From Candidatus Moraniibacteriota bacterium (GTDB lineage: Bacteria > Patescibacteriota > Minisyncoccia > Moranbacterales > JBBINP01), in contig JBBINP010000003.1 of the NCBI GenBank assembly GCA_037443825.1, positions 1-40,466 of the forward strand: 40,466 bases of DNA, read 5' to 3'. The notes under the pieces were generated by a model. The model made no database searches, had not been told where the DNA came from, and worked only from the letters and a program-made list of their open reading frames with translations. This document shows, piece by piece, positions 8,532 to 17,491 of the stretch. Both the position numbers and the translations under genes were made by a program. The stretch's first letter is position 1, and every line of letters begins with the position of its first letter.

Positions 8532-10547
8532 TTACACCAACAATCCGGCGATCAGAAGAGCCACGATATTTATTATTTTAATCATCGGATTAATGGCCGG
8601 TCCGGCGGTATCCTTGTATGGATCGCCAACCGTATCGCCGGTTACGGCCGCCTGATGGGCAAAAGATCCTTTACCGCCAAAATGCCCTTCTTCAATATAC
8701 TTTTTGGCATTATCCCAAGCGCCGCCGCCGCTTGTCATTGAAATTGCCACAAAAATTCCGGTAATAACGGAACCGACCAAAAGTCCGCCCAAAGCATGCA
8801 CTCCCAGGACAAATCCGACTAAAATAGGCGCCAACACCGGAATAAGCGCCGGAATAATCATTTCTTTGATAGCGGCTTTCGTCACAATATCCACCGTTTT
8901 GCCGTAATCCGGCTTGGCGCTTCCTTCCATAATGCCCTTGATTTCACGGAATTGGCGGCGCACTTCTTCCACCACCGATCCGGCCGCCCGGCCCACGGCT
9001 TGCATGGATAATGCGCCGAAATAATAGGGCAGAAGTCCGCCGATAAAAAGACCCGCTAGAACATTGGGATCATTGATTAAAAATTCAAAAGAATCCGGTA
9101 TGCTGTGAGTAAAATCGGCAAAAAGAACCAACGCAGCCAGAGCCGCTGAACCGATAGCGTAACCCTTGGTTACGGCTTTGGTTGTGTTGCCGACCGCGTC
9201 CAACGGATCGGTAACTTCCCGCACATTTTTTCCGAGTTCAGCCATTTCAGCGATACCTCCGGCATTGTCGGTAATCGGACCGTAAGAATCAATGGCCACG
9301 ATAATTCCCGCCATGGAAAGCATCGCCATGGCCGCTATCGCCACTCCGTAAAGTCCGGCAAAATAATAAGCGATGAGCGTCGCCGCCACAATAACCAAAA
9401 CAGGCCAGCCGGTTGATTTCATAGAGACCGCGAGTCCGGTAATGATATTGGTTCCGTGTCCGGTTTTTGAAGCTTTGGCGATATCCCGCACCGGTTTGTA
9501 TTTGGTGGAAGTGTAGTATTCAGTGATAATAACCATCGCCGCCGTCACCGCCAAACCGACTAGTGAAGCCAGATAAATGCCAATTTCCGGATATTTGCCG
9601 TTGTTTTGCATTAGATAATTGGTAGCCGGATAAAAAGCCGCCGCCGCCAAAACTCCGGAAACAATCAGTCCTTTATACAATGCTCCCATGATATTTTCTC
9701 CACTGGCAATACCGGTTTTTTTCCCGGAAATTTTGCTCAGTTTTATGAAAAAAGTTCCTATAACGGAAGCGATGATGGAAATAGCTCCCAAAATCAAGGG
9801 GTAAATAACGACATTATCCATACCCGGAAAAAGCAACGAGCCCAAAAGCATCGTGGCAATCAACGTTACCGCGTAGGTTTCAAAAAGATCGGCCGCCATG
9901 CCGGCGCAGTCGCCCACATTGTCTCCCACATTGTCCGCGATTACGGCCGGATTTCTTGGATCGTCTTCCGGAATTCCGGCTTCCACCTTGCCGACCAGAT
10001 CCGCCCCGACATCGGCCGCTTTTGTAAAAATACCTCCGCCCAGCCGGGCAAAAATGGAAATAAGCGACCCGCCAAATCCCATGCCTATCAGCGATTTGAT
10101 GTCATTGGTTATAAAATAAAAACCGGCCGTGCCCAAAAGCGCGAGTCCCACCACCAAAAGACCGGTAATGCTGCCGCCGCGCGCCGCCACCGCCAGCGCC
10201 TTTTCAATTCCGCCGCGCGCCGCTTCCGCTGTGCGGACATTGGCCCTCACCGACACGTACATTCCGATGTAGCCAGCCAACGCCGACAAAAAAGACCCTA
10301 GCAAAAAAGCCAGCGCCGTTTTCCAGCCAAGAGGAGGAACCAGTCCGATGACGACAAAAAGAATCAGCGCCACCAACGCCACGGTTTTGTATTGGCGATC
10401 AAGATACGCCTGAGCCCCTTCCTGAATGGCTTGGGCGATGGATTTCATTTTTTCATTGCCCTCCGGAAGGCGCAAAATGTTTTTGATCAGAAAAATTCCA
10501 TAAACAATGGCCAGCGCGGCGCTGCCCAATATAAATAACGTCGTCAT
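8532..10547 (-). CDS. hppA: Membrane-integral ion-pumping pyrophosphatase, K+-independent type
   Basis: [39 protein letters not shown]; GNTTKA has Lys at the K+-dependence position. Confidence 0.95.
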   Translation of the reverse strand: MTTLFILGSAALAIVYGIFLIKNILRLPEGNEKMKSIAQAIQEGAQAYLDRQYKTVALVALILFVVIGLVPPLGWKTALAFLLGSFLSALAGYIGMYVSVRANVRTAEAARGGIEKALAVAARGGSITGLLVVGLALLGTAGFYFITNDIKSLIGMGFGGSLISIFARLGGGIFTKAADVGADLVGKVEAGIPEDDPRNPAVIADNVGDNVGDCAGMAADLFETYAVTLIATMLLGSLLFPGMDNVVIYPLILGAISIIASVIGTFFIKLSKISGKKTGIASGENIMGALYKGLIVSGVLAAAAFYPATNYLMQNNGKYPEIGIYLASLVGLAVTAAMVIITEYYTSTKYKPVRDIAKASKTGHGTNIITGLAVSMKSTGWPVLVIVAATLIAYYFAGLYGVAIAAMAMLSMAGIIVAIDSYGPITDNAGGIAEMAELGKNVREVTDPLDAVGNTTKAVTKGYAIGSAALAALVLFADFTHSIPDSFEFLINDPNVLAGLFIGGLLPYYFGALSMQAVGRAAGSVVEEVRRQFREIKGIMEGSAKPDYGKTVDIVTKAAIKEMIIPALIPVLAPILVGFVLGVHALGGLLVGSVITGIFVAISMTSGGGAWDNAKKYIEEGHFGGKGSFAHQAAVTGDTVGDPYKDTAGPAINPMIKIINIVALLIAGLLV

Positions 10548-10668
10548 ACTTTTTTGCTTTTACTGGCCGCCAAACCCTCCTTGAATAGCGGGCGGCCGGT
10601 TAATTATAAAAAAATTAAAGATACAATACAATACTATGAGTCTTCGCGTTGTTATTTTTATATTTTAA

Positions 10669-11994
10669 TTATTCCTCTTTGGGTTTATCCAAATCGTCTT
10701 TCTCTTTGCCGCTTTCCGCGGAAACTTCAGCCGCTGTTTCGTCTTTTTGATCTTCTTTCAGCGCTTCTCCTTCCGGTGTTTCACCGATCATGTCTATACT
10801 CCAGCCGGTAAGCCGCGCGGCCAACCGCACGTTTTGCCCGCGCCTTCCGATGGCCAAAGACAATTGATCGGCCGGCACTTTGACTTTGGCCGCCCTGTTT
10901 TCTTCGTCGGCTTCAATGGACAAAACATTAGCCGGACTCAGAGCCGCGCTGATAAATTTTTCCGGACTATCGTTCCATTCAATAATGTCTATTTTCTCGC
11001 CTCCCAATTCGTCAATCACGGCCTGAACCCGCGTGCCTTTCTGCCCCACGCACGAACCGATTGGATCAACTCCTTCATCCCTGGAAGCCACCGCGATTTT
11101 GGCGCGCGATCCGGCTTCGCGGGCTATGGCTTTTATTTCCACCGTTCCGGAAAAAATTTCCGGCACCTCCAGTTCAAAAAGTTTTCTGATAATTTCCGGA
11201 TGGCTGCGTGAAAGCGTGATGCCCGGCCCCTTCGGATCCGATTCAACTTTCAAAAGATAAACTTTCAAACGTTTGCCGATGCGATAATTTTCCGTTTCAA
11301 CCTGCTCGGACGGAAACAGCGCGCCCGCGGATTTTCCAAGGTCCACGAACACGGTGCGCCCCTCAATTCTTTGAATGACTCCGTTTATAACTTCTCCTTC
11401 TTTTTCTTTGTATTCCTTAAACATTGAATCACGCTCGGCTTCGCGGATTTTCTGGATAATAACCTGCTTGGCCGTCTGCGCCGCGATGCGGCCGTAGTCG
11501 CTTTTGGATTCCAGTTCAATTTCCAAAACGTCGCCGACCTTAACGCCTTTTTTTATTTTTCTGGCTTCTTCAACGACAATATCCCTTTCCGGGCTGAAGC
11601 GGGGAATCTTTTCTTCTTCCGTTTCGCTTTTGCCGCCTTCCTGTTTTTCTTTTTTTGTCTTAGGCGCCACGTCCCTGGCGTCTTTTTTTTCTTTGGCTTC
11701 TTTTTCTCCGGCAACATCCTCTTCCGTCAAAAATTCCCTGGTCGTTTCATCCACCACTTCCAGCAGTTTGAAAAATCTGGCGCCGCCCGTCACTTCGTCA
11801 AACATCGCTTTGATGTGCTGGCCTCTTTTGCCGTAATCTTTTTTATACGCCGCCGCCAGAGCCGCTTCCACCGTTTCAATGACTTTTTCTTTGGCGATGC
11901 CTTTTTCTTCGGCTATCTGCGCTATAGCGCTGCCGAATTCTCCCAGTCGGCCGGATGAGGCGGCGGGATTATTGGTTTGTTTTTTGCGTGCCAT
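10669..11994 (-). CDS. nusA: Transcription termination/antitermination factor NusA
   Basis: GRIAAQTAKQVI, S1 and KH domains (AREAGSRAKIAV, SLAIGRRGQNVRLA); charged insertion in NTD. Confidence 0.97.
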   Translation of the reverse strand: MARKKQTNNPAASSGRLGEFGSAIAQIAEEKGIAKEKVIETVEAALAAAYKKDYGKRGQHIKAMFDEVTGGARFFKLLEVVDETTREFLTEEDVAGEKEAKEKKDARDVAPKTKKEKQEGGKSETEEEKIPRFSPERDIVVEEARKIKKGVKVGDVLEIELESKSDYGRIAAQTAKQVIIQKIREAERDSMFKEYKEKEGEVINGVIQRIEGRTVFVDLGKSAGALFPSEQVETENYRIGKRLKVYLLKVESDPKGPGITLSRSHPEIIRKLFELEVPEIFSGTVEIKAIAREAGSRAKIAVASRDEGVDPIGSCVGQKGTRVQAVIDELGGEKIDIIEWNDSPEKFISAALSPANVLSIEADEENRAAKVKVPADQLSLAIGRRGQNVRLAARLTGWSIDMIGETPEGEALKEDQKDETAAEVSAESGKEKDDLDKPKEE

Positions 11995-12088
11995 ATTTTT
12001 AGCTGCTTAAATAGTTAATTGATTGCGGGCATTATTAACATTGCCCGAAAAGCGAATTTATTTTCAAATTCCGCTTTTTCTAACTTAA

Positions 12089-12111
12089 CAAAAAGTCCGC
12101 TCGCGCGGACC
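12089..12111 (-). promoter_or_regulatory. Candidate leader attenuator upstream of nusA
   Basis: Minus strand ggtccgc-GCGA-gcggact-tttt, ~10 nt after the predicted TSS. Confidence 0.55.
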
Positions 12112-12127
12112 GTTTCAGTATGAGTTT

Positions 12128-12189
12128 AAATTATCAGATCAATTCGCTTTTGTCAATCATTTGACAAAGTCGCGGAAATATGCTAGTAT
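12128..12189. promoter_or_regulatory. Back-to-back promoters: TTGACA-17-TAATTT (minus, nusA) and TTGACA-17-TAGTAT (plus, orphan operon), both with extended TG
   Basis: tgtcaa 12151-12156, ttgaca 12161-12166, TAGTAT 12184-12189. Confidence 0.7.
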
Positions 12190-12278
12190 TTAGTGTTGTC
12201 GTGAAATGGCTTCCATTTTGCGACAGTCAAGGAAAGAAACTGAAAGAACCTTGAAAATTTAATATTAGGAGGCAGAAA

Positions 12279-13022
12279 ATGCCACTAAAAACTATTTTAA
12301 TGGGCTCTTTGTTGGGCCCGCTATTTGAAAAGGTAATAGGCAAGATCTCCGATAAGGGGATCGACATCGCGGAAAAAAAGTTGAGCAAAATGCTCGACTT
12401 AAAAGAGGCTGGTCGTAGTACTGATGATGAGAGGTACTACAATTCAGCTAAAAGATCCCTTAGCGATCTCGGAAATAAAAGTTTCACTCGAGATCAAATC
12501 AAAGAGATTGTAGACTTTGAGTTTAACCTTCGCCGAAACAACAAGGAAGAGGCGGAGGCGTTTGTGCTTTTTATTTCCGGGATCGTCCATGATCTGGAAA
12601 GAGAGGTGCAGACGGTAGAAACCATTACAAGCAAGGATGGACACAACTCTTATGTCAAAAAAAAGACATACAAAGAAATAGACAGGACGGGGGGAGAAAA
12701 AGATCTCTACTTCTTCCTGAGGGAGTTGTTGGACATAAAGGGAAGCACGGACGAAGAGACGTTTAAGCTTCGGCGCGACTTCCTGAAAGGGTCAAATGTT
12801 TTTTCCATAATCCCTCCCAAAAAGGAGGGTAAAAGCGAGATTGAAAAAGGGATGGACGGGTTTTACGACGCCATCCAGAAAAAAGTGAAAGAGTTCGGCC
12901 GGGAAATAAATACCGGCGCTAAAAAAATAAAAAAGACGCAAGGTGAAAACCTTTGCGATTTAAATGAAAAATTTAAAAAAATAAAAAGCTGGAATGAAAC
13001 CCAGCGAAGGAGGAGGAAATGA
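12279..13022 (+). CDS. Hypothetical protein (247 aa, charged, helical)
   Basis: Long ORF with AGGAGG SD and its own promoter; no recognised motif. Confidence 0.8.
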   Translation: MPLKTILMGSLLGPLFEKVIGKISDKGIDIAEKKLSKMLDLKEAGRSTDDERYYNSAKRSLSDLGNKSFTRDQIKEIVDFEFNLRRNNKEEAEAFVLFISGIVHDLEREVQTVETITSKDGHNSYVKKKTYKEIDRTGGEKDLYFFLRELLDIKGSTDEETFKLRRDFLKGSNVFSIIPPKKEGKSEIEKGMDGFYDAIQKKVKEFGREINTGAKKIKKTQGENLCDLNEKFKKIKSWNETQRRRRK

Positions 13023-14056
13023 TGCCAGTCGTAATATCGCTGGCGGCTTTATTGCTGTTGGCAGTAATGTTTGTTTTTTCAGTGACCGCGAGAAACGCGG
13101 CACTGACGTTAATAGAAGCCTGCTGGCACTTGGCCATCAGGCTGTACGAAAAATTCAAAAGATTAATATTAATCCTGGCTCTGCCGGGGTTAATATTCTT
13201 TCTTATTTTTTCAGTAATCGGCGTTGCCACAGGATCGCCGGTTGCCGGAATTATTATGGGGGTAATGGCCCCAATCTGGATTCTTTTTTTCATACTCAAA
13301 AGAATCCCAGTGGTTGGGGTGATTGGAAAAGCGGGATTTTGGGCGACGACCGTTTTGCTTATCGTCGCAACGCCCGCCTTTCTTTTAGGCGTTTGGTCCC
13401 CATCCGTTAAAAGAAGTTTTGACGGGTGGATGGATTCAAAAAAATCTAGCTGGTCGTTTTCACTTGACCAGCAAGCGGAATATGAAAAGTTCGCGCTTGT
13501 CACAGAAGACGCTGTTCTTTATGAAAGCGCAACGGGGAAAAACCTCCAGAATCTCCGGAAGGGTGATATGGTTTTAATCATTGACCGGAAGTTTAGGAAG
13601 GTGAACGGGGGGTCCGAGCCATTGATTTATGTCATGACTAAGGACAAGAACGGGGAATTCCTCCACGGGAACAAGGGCTTTGTTCTCGCGAGAAAACTGG
13701 GGGATGTTGTTTCTCAGACCCACTCAACCGGGCAAGTTATCGCTCGGGAAAAAAGGGGTGAGATTTTTGGGACATACCGGATCTGCTGGGATGAAAAATG
13801 CGGCAGATTCGGAACGTATGGAAATGGAAATTTTCTCCGGTTTGTGTCTCAGTACAAATCGGGGGAAAGCTTTGTAATGGAGGCCAGGGAAACCGGTCTC
13901 AATCAATATGAAGGAAATTGGGAATTCCGCAGCCAAAATAATCCAGCGTGCGGAAGTTTTTCCCTGAAGTTTAGCCCGGACGGCAGAACCGCCGAAGGAA
14001 TAATGCACAATTATTCCACCAGAAGAGTTCGGCAGCTTCGGGCCGAACGTGAATAA
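13019..14056 (+). CDS. Hypothetical membrane protein (4 N-terminal TM, possible SH3-like and beta-rich C-terminal domains)
   Basis: ATGA overlap with upstream gene, AGGAGG SD; EDAVLYESATGKNLQNLRKGDMVLI resembles SH3b. Confidence 0.8.
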   Translation: MMPVVISLAALLLLAVMFVFSVTARNAALTLIEACWHLAIRLYEKFKRLILILALPGLIFFLIFSVIGVATGSPVAGIIMGVMAPIWILFFILKRIPVVGVIGKAGFWATTVLLIVATPAFLLGVWSPSVKRSFDGWMDSKKSSWSFSLDQQAEYEKFALVTEDAVLYESATGKNLQNLRKGDMVLIIDRKFRKVNGGSEPLIYVMTKDKNGEFLHGNKGFVLARKLGDVVSQTHSTGQVIAREKRGEIFGTYRICWDEKCGRFGTYGNGNFLRFVSQYKSGESFVMEARETGLNQYEGNWEFRSQNNPACGSFSLKFSPDGRTAEGIMHNYSTRRVRQLRAERE

Positions 14057-14059
14057 ACC

Positions 14060-14103
14060 AAACGCCAGTTGACATAAAAATGTTGACTGGCGTTTCTTTT
14101 TTT
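14060..14103 (+). terminator. Intrinsic terminator between convergent genes
   Basis: aaacgccagttgacat-aaaa-atgttgactggcgttt followed by cttttttt. Confidence 0.8.
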
Positions 14104-14139
14104 CCGCGCCGACTTGAATCGCGAAAAAATTCATCCGCG

Positions 14140-14574
14140 CTAAAATCCCGAAGATGCCCGCAAGGCCTTGTCAACCGCGTAAATAATCACCAAAGCCGAA
14201 ATGGCCACAATCACTCCGATAATAGACGCTTCCATAGCTTTTTGCGCCTTTTGAGCTTTTTCTTTGTCTCCCACGGAAGTCAAGTATAAAATGCCGGCAA
14301 TGACAAAACTGATGATCGCCAACGCTCCGAAGATGGTCAAAAGCCATTTCAAAAAATTCATAACAATATCTTTTACCGGTTTGTCGGAAAGTCCGATTTC
14401 GGAAGAAGTGGGAATGTAAATGCCTTTGCTGGAATTATTAGAGGCAAAAACAAGAGAGCCGCCGGAAACTTTGTAAATTCCTCTTTCAGCGTCCGGATTA
14501 GGAGCCGCAAAAAACAAGAGCGCGGCGACAAAAAAAAGACCGTAGATTATTTTTGCTTGATTGTTTTTTTTCAT
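14140..14574 (-). CDS. TrbC/VirB2-like (T4SS-type) pilin
   Basis: Signal peptide; two TM helices flanking GILYLTSVGDKEKAQKAQKAM...IIG. Confidence 0.8.
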   Translation of the reverse strand: MKKNNQAKIIYGLFFVAALLFFAAPNPDAERGIYKVSGGSLVFASNNSSKGIYIPTSSEIGLSDKPVKDIVMNFLKWLLTIFGALAIISFVIAGILYLTSVGDKEKAQKAQKAMEASIIGVIVAISALVIIYAVDKALRASSGF

Positions 14575-14600
14575 AAAAAAATCGTTGTTTATGTTTGTTA

Positions 14601-14957
14601 TTAAAATTGCGGGTCTGTTCCGGTCAGCATTTTGTTGACCGCCTGCAAAATCACCAGACCCATCAAGGCGACAATGACTCCGACGATGGACATTGTCATG
14701 GCTTTTTTAGCTTTTTCAACGCTTTCTTTTTCTCCGGTTGAAACTAAATATAAAATGCCGGAAACCACAAAGCCGATAATCGCGATGGCAGAGAAAATTC
14801 CCAGTATCCACAAAAGTAAATTATGGATAATGTTATAAACGGAATTGGACGGCAATTTCGTCTCCGTGTAACTGCTCGGATCCCATTGGGCCAGCGCCAA
14901 GGCGGGAAAGAAAAAAATAACCGCGAAAAAAACGCGCCGGATGATTTTGTTTTTCAT
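14601..14957 (-). CDS. TrbC/VirB2-like pilin
   Basis: Signal peptide ending ALA-Q; GILYLVSTGEKESVEKAKKAM...IVG. Confidence 0.85.
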   Translation of the reverse strand: MKNKIIRRVFFAVIFFFPALALAQWDPSSYTETKLPSNSVYNIIHNLLLWILGIFSAIAIIGFVVSGILYLVSTGEKESVEKAKKAMTMSIVGVIVALMGLVILQAVNKMLTGTDPQF

Positions 14958-14997
14958 AATATTAAATTTAATTTAACTGGTAGTTTTTCCTGTTAAA

Positions 14998-15007
14998 ATT
15001 ATACCAT
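14998..15007 (-). promoter_or_regulatory. Extended -10 promoter (TGGTATAAT) for pilin 14957; duplicated upstream of 15362
   Basis: attataccat on + strand in both repeat units. Confidence 0.6.
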
Positions 15008-15023
15008 ATTTTTTTCAGTTTTT

Positions 15024-15060
15024 AAAAAACAAAACAGCCCGGTTATCCACAGGGCTGTTT
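15024..15060 (-). terminator. Terminator hairpin with DnaA box TTATCCACA (15043-15051) in the loop
   Basis: aaacagccc-ggTTATCCACA-gggctgttt; T-rich tract follows on minus strand. Confidence 0.7.
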
Positions 15061-15089
15061 GCTTATTTACGAAAAATATTTTTCCCAAA

Positions 15090-15362
15090 TTAAAATTGCG
15101 TGTCTGCTCCGCCCAGCATTTTGTTGGCCGCCTGCAAAATCACCAGACCCACCAGGGCAACAATGACACCAACAAGAGACATTATCATGGCCTTTTTAGC
15201 TCTTTTGACTCCTTCGTCATCTCCGGCCGAAACCAAATACATAATGCCGGCGATCGCGAAACCGATCACGCCGATCACACCCACCAGACCCAGCATCCAT
15301 TCCATTATGTTGTTGATTATGCTCCACACGACGCCTTGTGGCAAGATGATTTTGTTTTTCAT
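15090..15362 (-). CDS. Chimeric TrbC/VirB2-like pilin lacking a signal peptide
   Basis: MKNKII from the 14957 gene fused in frame to the LPQG... body of the 15856 gene at the duplication junction. Confidence 0.75.
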   Translation of the reverse strand: MKNKIILPQGVVWSIINNIMEWMLGLVGVIGVIGFAIAGIMYLVSAGDDEGVKRAKKAMIMSLVGVIVALVGLVILQAANKMLGGADTQF

Positions 15363-15433
15363 AATGTTAAATTTAATTTTAATTTGACTGGCAGTTTTTC
15401 CTGTTAAAATTATACCATATTTTTTCAGTTTTT

Positions 15434-15470
15434 AAAAAACAAAACAGCCCGGTTATCCACAGGGCTGTTT
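15434..15470 (-). terminator. Second copy of terminator hairpin with DnaA box (15453-15461)
   Basis: Identical to 15024-15060. Confidence 0.7.
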
Positions 15471-15499
15471 GCTTATTTACGAAAAATATTTTTCCCAAA

Positions 15500-15856
15500 T
15501 TAAAATATCGAGTCTGTTCCGCCCAGCATTTTGTTGGCCGCCTGCAAAATCACCAGACCCACCAGGGCAACAATGACACCAACAAGAGACATTATCATGG
15601 CCTTTTTAGCTCTTTTGACTCCTTCGTCATCTCCGGCCGAAACCAAATACATAATGCCGGCGATCGCGAAACCGATCACGCCGATCACACCCACCAGACC
15701 CAGCAGCCATTTCATTATGTTGTTGATTATGTTAAACACGGTGCCTTGCGGCAAATTGGTGTCTCCCGGTTGCTTGAATTGAGCCGCCGCCAAAACCGGC
15801 GCGAACAAAGTCGCTGAAACCAGCCCGTAAACTATTCTTTTTATTTTTGTTTGCAT
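15500..15856 (-). CDS. TrbC/VirB2-like pilin, probable major subunit
   Basis: Signal peptide ending AAA-Q; GIMYLVSAGDDEGVKRAKKAM; strong SD AGGAGGTG like that of hup. Confidence 0.85.
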   Translation of the reverse strand: MQTKIKRIVYGLVSATLFAPVLAAAQFKQPGDTNLPQGTVFNIINNIMKWLLGLVGVIGVIGFAIAGIMYLVSAGDDEGVKRAKKAMIMSLVGVIVALVGLVILQAANKMLGGTDSIF

Positions 15857-15930
15857 ATTTACACCTCCTTCTATTTTTAGTTATGGATTGAAAATCATAA
15901 CATTCATTTTTTGACACGGTTCGCGCCGCG

Positions 15931-16254
15931 TCATTCAACAAGTTTTTGCGCCGTTTTCACGATTATCAGCGCGCCGAATATCGCGATAGTTCCAATAATT
16001 GAAAACCCAAAACCTTTCTTGGCTTTTTCCGCAATTTGCGGACTGCCGGCGGAAAAAAAATAGATGGCGCCTGAAACAACCATTGATATTATAGCAAGAA
16101 CGCCCGCGATTGACAAGAGAAATTCCAGAGCGTTCAGCGCCGCATCCTTGATCCACGGAGCGTCGGCAATCACGCCGGCGCTGGCATAATGAAAAAAGAG
16201 CGCCAAAAAAAACAGTAACGGCGCGACTTTTAATTTTTCAATAACAATTTTCAT
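15931..16254 (-). CDS. TrbC/VirB2-like pilin
   Basis: Signal peptide ending ASA; GAIYFFSAGSPQIAEKAKKGF...IIG. Confidence 0.8.
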   Translation of the reverse strand: MKIVIEKLKVAPLLFFLALFFHYASAGVIADAPWIKDAALNALEFLLSIAGVLAIISMVVSGAIYFFSAGSPQIAEKAKKGFGFSIIGTIAIFGALIIVKTAQKLVE

Positions 16255-16262
16255 TTGAAAAA

Positions 16263-17477
16263 CTAGTTTCTTAAATCAACAACGTTTCCTTTTGTTTTAG
16301 GATCGTTTTTGGAGTTGTTGCCGCGCGGAGAAGTTTCCGGACCCGGCTGATTGATGGGCGTGATGCGGTATAGATTGGGGCGAGACGATTGAATCGTCCG
16401 CGCGAACGGCTGGAAAGAAGGCGCCGGCCGCGGAACCGGACGCGATTCCGTCCGCGGCTGAAAAACAGCTTTTTCGGAACGTTTTTCCGCCGGAAAAGTG
16501 TGCGGGGAAGAAAACTTCAGATTTTCTTCGGTTATCGGTTCGCGAACCGCGCTTTCCCGTTTCTGATTCCCCGCTCCCGACTCATTATTCACGGTTTCCA
16601 TTTTTGCCGGCGGGCGATTCGGTTCGTTTACCGTCCGTTTCCGGAATTCATTCGCCTGAAACACAATTTCTCCTTTTTCCTGATTAATCGTAACGACGGC
16701 GTCTTCGTCCAGCGCTTTGATAATATAGCCGACTCTCTGCCGCTCGCCGTCCGTAAGCCGCCTGGTGTTTTCCGTATGGAACAAATAATTTCCGCGATCT
16801 ATCACTCCGTGGCTTCCCGCGCCCGCGTTTTCATGATAATCGGCGATCCAGTTTTTGATTGACGGCCGCGCGGGGGCGGGAAAAACGCGCAACCGCAGAG
16901 GGCCGGACGTTATCAGCTGTTCGCCCAAAGAGGGATATTGTTTCAGGGACTGGGAAAACCTGACGGCAATAAGTTTTGTTTCCGTTTTTTCTTCGGCGGC
17001 GATTCTTCGGCGCGGGACAAACGGTTTTTCCGAAAGAATTTTGGCTTGGTCCAAAATATTGGCAAACAAAAAATCGGCTATAGTTCCGGCTTTTTTTCCG
17101 TCCAATCCGAGTCCGCCGGCAATTATTTGTTCCGCGTCGCGCCAGTTTTTTCCGATCACGATTTCCCAAACGATTTGCGGCAAATTGTCTCTCTGATTCC
17201 GATCCAAACCAAGATTGCCCGCCAGCTTGTTATAAAAAAGCGTGTGCTTGAAAGACAGCATAAATTCAACGACTTCCGGGTTTGTTCCGGCCAGTTTTGG
17301 CGGAAAAATTTCCGCGTCGGCGTAGCGTTTTTTCCATCTGGCCAAAAGATCTTTCTTGATTTCTTCCGTCGCTTCGGCAACGGCCTTTTTTTCATTTTCC
17401 AAGCCATACGCCAAATCGTCCGCTTTTTGCGGCTGAAAGCCGTAATTGTAATTTTCGTCCGGATAAATAACCGCCAT
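16263..17477 (-). CDS. Hypothetical protein with disordered Pro-rich C-terminal half
   Basis: 404-aa ORF in operon orientation with short gaps to neighbours; ends GNVVDLRN. Confidence 0.8.
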   Translation of the reverse strand: MAVIYPDENYNYGFQPQKADDLAYGLENEKKAVAEATEEIKKDLLARWKKRYADAEIFPPKLAGTNPEVVEFMLSFKHTLFYNKLAGNLGLDRNQRDNLPQIVWEIVIGKNWRDAEQIIAGGLGLDGKKAGTIADFLFANILDQAKILSEKPFVPRRRIAAEEKTETKLIAVRFSQSLKQYPSLGEQLITSGPLRLRVFPAPARPSIKNWIADYHENAGAGSHGVIDRGNYLFHTENTRRLTDGERQRVGYIIKALDEDAVVTINQEKGEIVFQANEFRKRTVNEPNRPPAKMETVNNESGAGNQKRESAVREPITEENLKFSSPHTFPAEKRSEKAVFQPRTESRPVPRPAPSFQPFARTIQSSRPNLYRITPINQPGPETSPRGNNSKNDPKTKGNVVDLRN

Positions 17478-17491
17478 AATTTTTTAAATTC

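Larger units (their letters stand above)
14940..15754. repeat. Head-to-tail tandem duplication, units 14940-15344 and 15345-15754
   Basis: Direct alignment; 15108-15295 is identical to 15518-15705; the unit contains a pilin start, promoter, terminator and pilin body. Confidence 0.95.

Noticed and set aside
12279-14056. Prophage or mobile element
   Set aside because: No integrase, transposase, terminal repeats or target-site duplication seen
15043-15461. Replication origin
   Set aside because: Only two DnaA boxes, both from one duplication and 410 bp apart; no dnaA/dnaN and no switch in gene strand bias
14940-15754. Diversity-generating retroelement TR/VR pair
   Set aside because: Substitutions involve G, C and T as well as A in either direction, the repeat includes promoter and terminator, and no reverse transcriptase is in the window
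14940-15754. CRISPR array
   Set aside because: Only two ~405-bp units, no short repeat-spacer periodicity and no cas genes
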